Assembly: GCF_001194135.2 (NCBI RefSeq)
Contig: NC_068983.1
Coordinates: forward strand, 75,033,436 to 75,078,369
DNA length: 44,934 nt
Source of the DNA: Octopus bimaculoides
Taxonomy: Eukaryota
Reading direction: 5' to 3'
Shown here: positions 37,392-44,934 of the stretch, piece after piece
Layout: each line of letters starts with the position of its first letter
How positions within the stretch are numbered: the first letter of the stretch is position 1
The notes under the pieces: model-generated
Databases searched by the model: none
The model's input: only the letters and a program-made list of their open reading frames with translations
What the model was told of the DNA's origin: nothing
Program-made: the position numbers and the translations under genes

Positions 37392-37940
37392 GTTCTCTTC
37401 TATTTTTAATTATCTAAATTCTTTCCCAATAATTTTTATTGTTAGATTTTTATTGTTGCACTTACAGATTGTATTTGTAAAGTACAAGTTAATTGGTTGG
37501 TTGCATTCTTGTTTCTGAAAACCCCTAGCTTATCCAGATTATCACATAGGCATTTACTCACAAAATTAAGTACGCCAATTATTATTGGTATAAATGCTAA
37601 TTTATAATCTGTATATAGAAGCTGGAAGTTTCGAAGCAGTTGTTCGTAGTTATTCTCTTTCTCTTTGATTTTCATGTATGTATGTCTTTTCAATATTTTT
37701 ATTATTATAAATCTTTCGCTGAGAAGAGATCCGGTTTCCAACAAAGACTCAAGGCTCCATCTTTGGGATGTAGTTAACACAGACAAATTCTCTTTTGGAA
37801 CTTGAGGAAAGTTTCGCATATTTTTACTGTTCCACTTACAGATTGGACTTGTAATGTAGGAATCAGCCGGTCATTTTCTCTTCCTGAAAATCCCAGTGTT
37901 TCCAGATTCTCCTTTAAGCATTTACTAGCAAAACCTAGTG
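37392..37940 (-). mobile_element. Two tandem 3' fragments of an RLE-type non-LTR element
   Basis: Copy 1 (37686-37940): LGFASKCLKENLETLGFSGRENDRLIPTLQVQSVSGTVKICETFLKF. Copy 2 (37392-37675): KEKENNYEQLLRNFQLLYTDYKLAFIPIIIGVLNFVSKCLCDNLDKLG...LQIQSVSATIKI. Both are bounded by (CATA)n. Confidence 0.65.
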
Positions 37941-39244
37941 TATGTATGTATGTATGTATGTATGTATGTTTGCATGTTCGTTTGTAAGTATGTATGTATG
38001 TATAGGGTTATTAGTAATTTTAAATAATAACTTCTTATAACTTAAATCCAGTATATGATGGGATTAATTTGTGATAATCATTTGACAGCAGGATATAACT
38101 ATTTTGTGGTTTTTAATCAAAATTTTATTATTTTATCATAAATTTGTTAGTTTTCATGATATCTATAAATTACCTCAACTCTACTTCATGGGAACATCTA
38201 AAGACAACATTTTATTAAAGTAAACGTCATTTGCTAATGCCTCATGGGCTAAGATAACTAACATGATTCAGATTATAAAAGTAAATCAGCTGCAAAGCGT
38301 ATTTCTAGAACTTCAGAATCTCATTATAATTTGTTTACATAAAGATATTGTCACGTTGAAAATTAACAATCTCAGGAACATATCTTTTTAAAAATGAAAT
38401 AAATTATTTCAACTATCGTTTCTAAGCAGTTTTAGTATACAAAGAAATACAGCTATCCAAACTGATAAGGACTCACAATGACGTGTGTATGTGCGTGTGT
38501 GTGTGCATTGATCAACTTTGTGTTGACAACATTGTAAAAAGAACTCGGGACATAAAGTGGCATGCGTATATTTTATTAGAAGTCATAACTTTGAAATTTA
38601 ATATTTTTTTATTGTTCAGATGTTCGAAGGAGGACAGCAGTGTGATTAAGCAGAAACATGATTAGATCAGAGAACACTGAGATTTGATTTGTTGCCAAAA
38701 AAAATGGAAATAACTATAGAATATGTTACATATTTATCTTTTCATTACTATGCACAGAGATATTTTCTTGTTTGCATGTGCAAAAATACCTCATATTTTC
38801 GTCTCCTCGGTACTATGTGGGGAAAAAAATACCTGTGAGCAGAGGAGCAGCTATTGTTGCTGTAGCTTTGGTGTTAATAAATAAATGCATATAGAACCAC
38901 CTTTCAGGATGTGGCAAATTCATTATGTTAGAAATAAAACGTTGTCAAGTTCAAAGTTGGAAATTCTTCAGTAAATAATGATGGTAGTGTCTGCAAGAAT
39001 TTACCACTTCCGATTGTTATTAAGAAATACAAAAGAATGAGGTCGCGTCTACTAGTGCCATCAATCTAAAGGTATACATTTTCTATAACAGACAAATCGA
39101 CCTTATTATTATCATCATTTATGTTTCAAACATATTTGGTTAATGAAACGTCTTTCTGTGTATATTAATGTACACATATATTGTGAGAGCTGTTTTATAA
39201 TTTATTTTCAGTGAACTCATTTCTCTGTAGTTTGCAAAAGAGAG

Positions 39245-40250
39245 CGTAACTAGATTAAATAATATTTTAGGAATATAGATATCAATGAATAAACAGATAC
39301 GGCTATTGCAATTATACTGAGAAAGAAGGTATTATTTCTTCGTATAAATTTTTTTGATCGGTTTATGCTGCTTATAGTGAAGTCTTTTGTATAACTGCAA
39401 TTCACCTGAACTCTATTTCTATCAAAAATCTTATGGTATCGTTGAACTATGAGAGAATACTTATTTATAAGGTCCATGAAACACCTGACACCTTCATAAC
39501 GAGCATTTAAACTAGAGGGAGAATTGTGCTATATTTCATTTCCATTGTTTGCCTTTATAAACAATATCATTTTCTGAGGTTTTCCAAAATCAATGACTCC
39601 ATAAGCTACAGTCTCTCTTCTCTATAGCGTCTCTTCTCATTTTTCTCAAAATCTCCCCAACTCCCTCTATCCCCTCCATCTCTCCTTCCCTCTCATTTCT
39701 CCCTCTCTCTCTCTCTCTTTCCCTCTCTCTCCTTCCCTCTCTCCCATCCCTCTTTTCCCCTGTCTCTCCTCCCTATCACACCTCCCTCCCCCCTCTCTCT
39801 CTGAAAATTATAACGTTATTTTCAGCATTTTGCACTTTTTTAATAAAACTTTAGAATTGATGAATTCTTACAAATACCTCCACAATTCGTTGTTGAGAAA
39901 ACTCCAGCCATCAACTGGATAACATATTTCATTCTCTAGATAATGTTTGTGCTATATCTTGAAAGGAAGTTTCATATCCATCCATGAAATAATACTGAAA
40001 GAAACTTCCTCAACAACAGTGTTTCCTTATATTCATGTGTATTTTACCCTTGGTACTAAAAAGACGAAACCATCTCGTTTTTCCGCACATGAACAGATGA
40101 AAATACTACGTGTTCTGCACATAGTAAGGATTGTGTGACATATTGTTTCGCTTTTAGTGACCGATCAAATCTTGCTGCACAACGGGTTAACTACATTTCA
40201 ATGTGCTTACGAATACTTTTTGTTTATATTGCGCTGCAGCCCAACTTCAA
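39245..40250 (-). mobile_element. Decayed Penelope-like RT/linker remnant
   Basis: ORF 39250-39477 LINKYSLIVQRYHKIFDRNRVQVNCSYTKDF resembles the PLE linker (KHFP...KIFNRNTVKVSYSC). Upstream AKQYV and KRDG remnants are weaker. Confidence 0.5.
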
Positions 40251-40332
40251 AACTTCTTTTCTATGAACATTCAGAAACCTCAAAGCAATGATCAAAGTGG
40301 CTTCAGATTATTATAACAGTAACAATAACAAC

Positions 40333-40368
<36 letters not shown>

Positions 40369-40378
40369 NNNNNNNNNN

Positions 40379-40423
<45 letters not shown>

Positions 40424-40536
40424 AATTTCATACATATATTAATAAATACATGTATTCAAATACATAAACATATATCTTTACATACATACATACACACACA
40501 CACACGCATAGAAACATACATACATATATACATACA

Positions 40537-40589
<53 letters not shown>

Positions 40590-40659
40590 TACATCTAAAT
40601 ATGTTTGTGTATAGAGTTTCGTTCTAGGATCACCATTATCATTGTTCTTATTATTATTC

Positions 40660-42408
40660 AGTAGTCATACTTTTATCACGTGCTTTCACTGAACTACCGA
40701 GCACAGCTCTGTGTGCCTTGGGTATGTGCTGTATTTTGTTGTGATGCTCTTATAGTTACTGTATTGAAAGTGTTTTACCTAGAGTGTATGCGATGCCTAG
40801 TAGTGCAATTTTCTGTGTGTTATATATATTTGTTAGTCCTGGTGTTTTTGTTATGTATTTGTTTCAATATTTTTTTATCATACCTAATGCGCCCACTATG
40901 ATAGGAATTGTTTCTGCTTTTGGACTCCACATTCGAGTTACCTCTATTTCCAGGTCATTGTATTTTGAAAGTTTCTCCATTTCTTTTAGAGAAACGTTGT
41001 CATCTGTTGGTATTGATACATCAATTAGAAAGTACTTTTTCTTCATGATCTCTGACAACTATATCTGGCCTATTGGCCTTAATGTCTCTATCTGTGTGTT
41101 TTGGCATATCCCTTAGTATTGTCGCTTTCTCACTTTCTGTGACCTTTCCTGGCGTGTGCCTATACCATCTTTTTTCTGTTGGTATTCCATAGTGTTGGCA
41201 TAGTTTCCAGTGTATGTAGATCTCAACTCTGTCGTGTTTGTAAATATATTCCTTCTTAGCCAGGACTGGGCAGCCAGGACTGGGCAGCCAGAGACAATAT
41301 GATTCATTGTTTCTTGTCCATCTCCACATATTCTGCAGTTACTTGTTATGTTTCTTTTCATTATGTGTTTTTGGTAATTTCTGGTGGGGAGGCTTTAGTC
41401 TTGTGCTGCAATTGAAAATCCTTCAGTCTCTGCTTTGAGTCCTGAGCTTCTCAGCCATTGTTGGGATTTTGCTTTGTCTAATTCTTTTGCGTTTAGTTTA
41501 ATCCAGTATTTGCCATGAAGGGGCTTTTCTTGTCATCGTTTTATCATGATCCGTTACTGTTCTAGTTTTAGTTTGGATTTCATTTGTTTTACATCTTTTG
41601 TTGTTTCTTCTTTTTCTTCATAGTTGTTAGGTAGTATGACTTCCTGTTTGTATTTGTCGGCTTCTTTAAAGACTGAAAACAGTTTTTTGTTTAGTCCATG
41701 TTTTGTGACTATTTGTATTAGTTTTCCTTGCTTCTGAAGTAGGTATTTTTGTAGTCCTATGGTGGTTATTTTGTAATAGGTTTCTAGCTGTATAAAGCCT
41801 CTACCAGCCTTCGATACGGTGTATATATAACCTTTCTATGTCAGAATTTGAGTGGTGCATCCTAAATCCTGTCATTATTCTTCTTGTTTTCCTGTCTATT
41901 TTGATTAGTTCATTTAGTGTCCAGTTAAAGTTATTGTAGCTATAACTTATAACTGGGACGGCTAAAGCGTTAATACCTATTATCTTGTTTTTAGCATTGA
42001 GCTCTGTTTTCAGTATTGATCTAACTCGTCTATAGTATTCTTTATTTATTTTCTCTTTCATTTGTATGTGTTGTATCCTATCTAGTTCATTGATTCCTAA
42101 ATATTTGTATGGCGGGCTTTGCTCTAATTCTTTAATTTCATTTGCTTTATCTAGTGTGATGTTGCTACTCTTTTCAAGGTTGCTTTGGCACATTTTTCTA
42201 AGCCAAATTTCATATTTATTTCTTCTGTAAATCCATGTACTGTCTGTAGTAATGTTTCCAGCTGTTTATCATTTATAGCGTACAGTTTTAAGTCATCCAT
42301 ATATAAAAGGTGGTGACTGTTTTGCCGTAACAGTTGTATCCACATCCAGTTTTGTTTAGAATGTCAGATAAAGGTGTCAGTGCCAAGCAGAAAAGGAGTT
42401 GACAGAGC

Positions 42409-42409
<1 letters not shown>
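40660..42409 (-). mobile_element. 5'-truncated R4/Dong-like LINE (RT C-half, CCHC knuckle, RLE endonuclease)
   Basis: LLFCLALTPLS, HLLYMDDLKLY, KFGLEKCA, YKYLGI, CRICGDGQETMNHIVSGC, RPDIVV, LIDVSIP, EKLSKY, PIIVGALG. Several frameshifts; AAT repeats at both ends on the sense strand. Confidence 0.9.
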
Positions 42410-42479
<70 letters not shown>

Positions 42480-42800
42480 TTTACTCCCCATGGCTCTTGG
42501 TCTTACTTGCTCTGCTGAATTCTGTGAGAGCAGACTGCATCCTGTTGTCAAAGGTCTCACAAGGTCTCTTTTCACAAATTATAAGTCTTTCTACTTAGGT
42601 GTTAAGTATCGTGGAAGATACTCAACATCCAAGCACCAACCTCAGAATCCTAGCTGTCCTCAATACAGTAGTTTAGGGGGCATGCTCTGTCCTAATGTCA
42701 ACTCCAATTTCTCCGACATATATTTCTTGAACATGGTTGTTAGCGCTCTGAGTGCCTCTACAACTATTGGGATGACAGTTACTCTCTTTGTACGATTATA
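42480..42800 (-). mobile_element. 3' tail of R4/Dong-like RLE LINE (variant 3)
   Basis: RTKRVTVIPIVVEALRALTTMFKKY followed by a UTR, embedded between two TTA/TAT arrays. Confidence 0.7.
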
Positions 42801-42813
42801 GTCGTTGTTGTTG

Positions 42814-42899
<86 letters not shown>

Positions 42900-42901
<2 letters not shown>

Positions 42902-43112
42902 GGCGACAAGCTGGCAGAATTGTTACCGTACTGGGCAAAATGCTTGACAGCATTTCGTCTGTCTTTTCGTTCAAAGTACAAATGCCACCGAGGCCAACTT
43001 TGCTATTTATTCTTTCGGGGTCGATAGATTAAGTACCAGTTAAACATTGGGGTCGATGTAATCGACTTACCCCCTCTCCCGAAATTGCTGGCCTTGTGTC
43101 AAAAAATGGAAC

Positions 43113-43115
<3 letters not shown>
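42900..43115 (+). mobile_element. SINE family A inside (TTA)n
   Basis: AAGGCGACAAGCTGGCAGAATTGTTA...TTCTTTCGGGGTCGATAGATTAAGTACCAG, with (TTA)n on both sides. Confidence 0.85.
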
Positions 43116-43164
<49 letters not shown>

Positions 43165-43493
43165 GTTATAGACCTCGTCACCATTATTATCATCATCATT
43201 ATGCTAATGATGATAATATCACATGAAAAAGATGGATTTAGAATTAAATAAATATTTAATTCATTTCAGAACATGATGAGTACACGCTGAAATTTCTGCG
43301 ATTTTTTTCTTGAATTAAAGGTCTTACAAGAAAAATTATAATTAGTTAAAAGTAAAGAAATGTTATCTTTTTATTCCTTTTTGACTTTTATATTCCTTTT
43401 AATGTTCATGTGCGTCTTTTTTTTTTTTTCATTTTTCCTGGCGTCTTTGTATTCCCCACTTAGTCTTTTCTATTTTGTTTACTTCCGATGCTT

Positions 43494-43860
43494 GTGGAGG
43501 CGGACTCGCGGTCATAGGACCGCGGTTTCGATTCCCAGACCAGGCGTTGTGAGTGTTTATTGAGCGAAAACACCTAAAGCTCCACGAGGCTCCGGCAGGG
43601 GATGGTGGCGAACCCTGCTGTACTCTTTCACCACAACCCTCTCTCTCTCTCTCTCACTTCCTGTTTCTGTTGTATCTGTAATTCAAAGGGTCAGCCTTGT
43701 CACACTGTGTCACGCTTAATATCCCCGAGAAGTACGTTAAGGGTACACGTGTCTGTGGAGTACTCAGCCACTTTCACGTTAATTTCATGTGCAGGCTGTT
43801 CCGTTGATCGGATCAATTGGAACTCTCGACGTCGTAAGCGATGGAGTGCCAACAACAACA
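43494..43860 (+). mobile_element. SINE family C with 13-bp target-site duplication
   Basis: ACTTCCGATGCTT occurs at 43481-43493 and 43861-43873. The element has an (AAC)n tail, and its head is partly deleted relative to 19253-19598. Confidence 0.9.
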
Positions 43861-44014
43861 ACTTCCGATGCTTTTTACAAGCAACTGGTAAGATTATAAC
43901 ACCGTTTGTTTCAGATGTTTGCATCAAGCATGAAAAATAAGCGCATATACGCCCATCGGGGCGCGAGCGTGTGTGTATATCTCAATTTTGGCACAGGGTC
44001 ATTAATCTTGAGAG

Positions 44015-44192
44015 GGTGAGAAGTCGATTTCATCTACCACAGTGCCCAGCTGGTAATTATTTTATCGACCCTGAAAGGAAGAATGGTAAAGTCGATTTCG
44101 ATTATATTTGAGCTCAGTACGTAAGGAGCCGGAAGAAATGTCACCTAAGTATCTTATCTGACACAGTATCAATTTTGTCAGTGTGCCGCCTT

Positions 44193-44253
<61 letters not shown>

Positions 44254-44694
44254 GTTTAAAATTTTGGCTCAAGGCCAGCAATTCCGGGGGAGGAAAAAAC
44301 CGATTACATCGACCCGAGTATTCCACTGATACTCATTTTATCGACCCCGAAAGGGATAAAAGTCAAAGTCGACTTTGGTGGAATTTGGACCCAGAACATA
44401 AAGACGGACGAAATGCCACTAAGCATTTTTCCCGGCGTGCTAACGATTCTGCCAGCTCACCACTTTAATAATAATAATCCTTTCTATTATAGGCACAAGG
44501 CCTGAAATTTGATGGGAGGGGACTTGTCGATTACATCGACCTCAGTGTTTTACTGGTGCTTAATTTATCGACCCCGGAAGGAGGAAAGGCAAAGTTGACC
44601 TTAGCGAAATTTGACCTTAGAACGTAAGTAAAGACGGACGAAATGCAGCTAAGCATATCGCGCGGCGTGCTAACGACTCTGCCAGCTCGCCACC

Positions 44695-44697
<3 letters not shown>
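44015..44697 (-). mobile_element. Three SINE family A copies (~44015-44165, 44255-44466, 44490-44697)
   Basis: Repeated TTTATCGACCC...GAAAGG...AAAGTCGAC blocks and TTCTGCCAGCTC heads, separated and followed by (AAT)n. Confidence 0.85.
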
Positions 44698-44755
<58 letters not shown>

Positions 44756-44796
44756 CAATAACAATAACAATAATAATAATAATAATAATAATAATG

Positions 44797-44837
<41 letters not shown>

Positions 44838-44864
44838 TATAATAACGATAACAATAGCAATAAC

Positions 44865-44911
<47 letters not shown>

Positions 44912-44934
44912 GAAGAAGAAGAAGAAGAAGAAGA

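Overview
AT-rich, microsatellite-saturated animal genomic DNA from a gapped draft assembly (7 N-runs). The repeat families and the gene suggest a cephalopod, probably an octopus; this is an inference. The only host gene I can support is the 3' part of a Cys-loop ligand-gated ion channel (nicotinic acetylcholine receptor-like) on the + strand: an M3 exon (26737-26909), a candidate 48-nt in-frame exon in the intracellular loop (27738-27785) and the terminal MA/M4 exon (28266-28718). I could not find its extracellular-domain or M1-M2 exons in the 26.7 kb upstream. The rest is decayed mobile DNA: a hAT (Charlie/Buster-like) transposase fossil, a Tx1/L1-clade RT fragment, several Penelope-like remnants (one with a ~500-bp inverted duplication, plus degenerate hammerhead-like motifs), R4/Dong-like and other restriction-like-endonuclease (RLE) LINE pieces sitting in microsatellites, a mariner-derived MITE, several fold-back MITEs and at least four tRNA-derived SINE families. 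Most ORFs in the supplied track are microsatellite or N-gap artefacts. I found no firm evidence of a wholly new system. The best leads are the candidate microexon and atypical receptor, the chain of inverted repeats downstream of the gene, and an RLE element apparently tied to (CATA)n. All translations, alignments and family assignments were made by eye or from memory, repeat boundaries are approximate, and no database searches were run.
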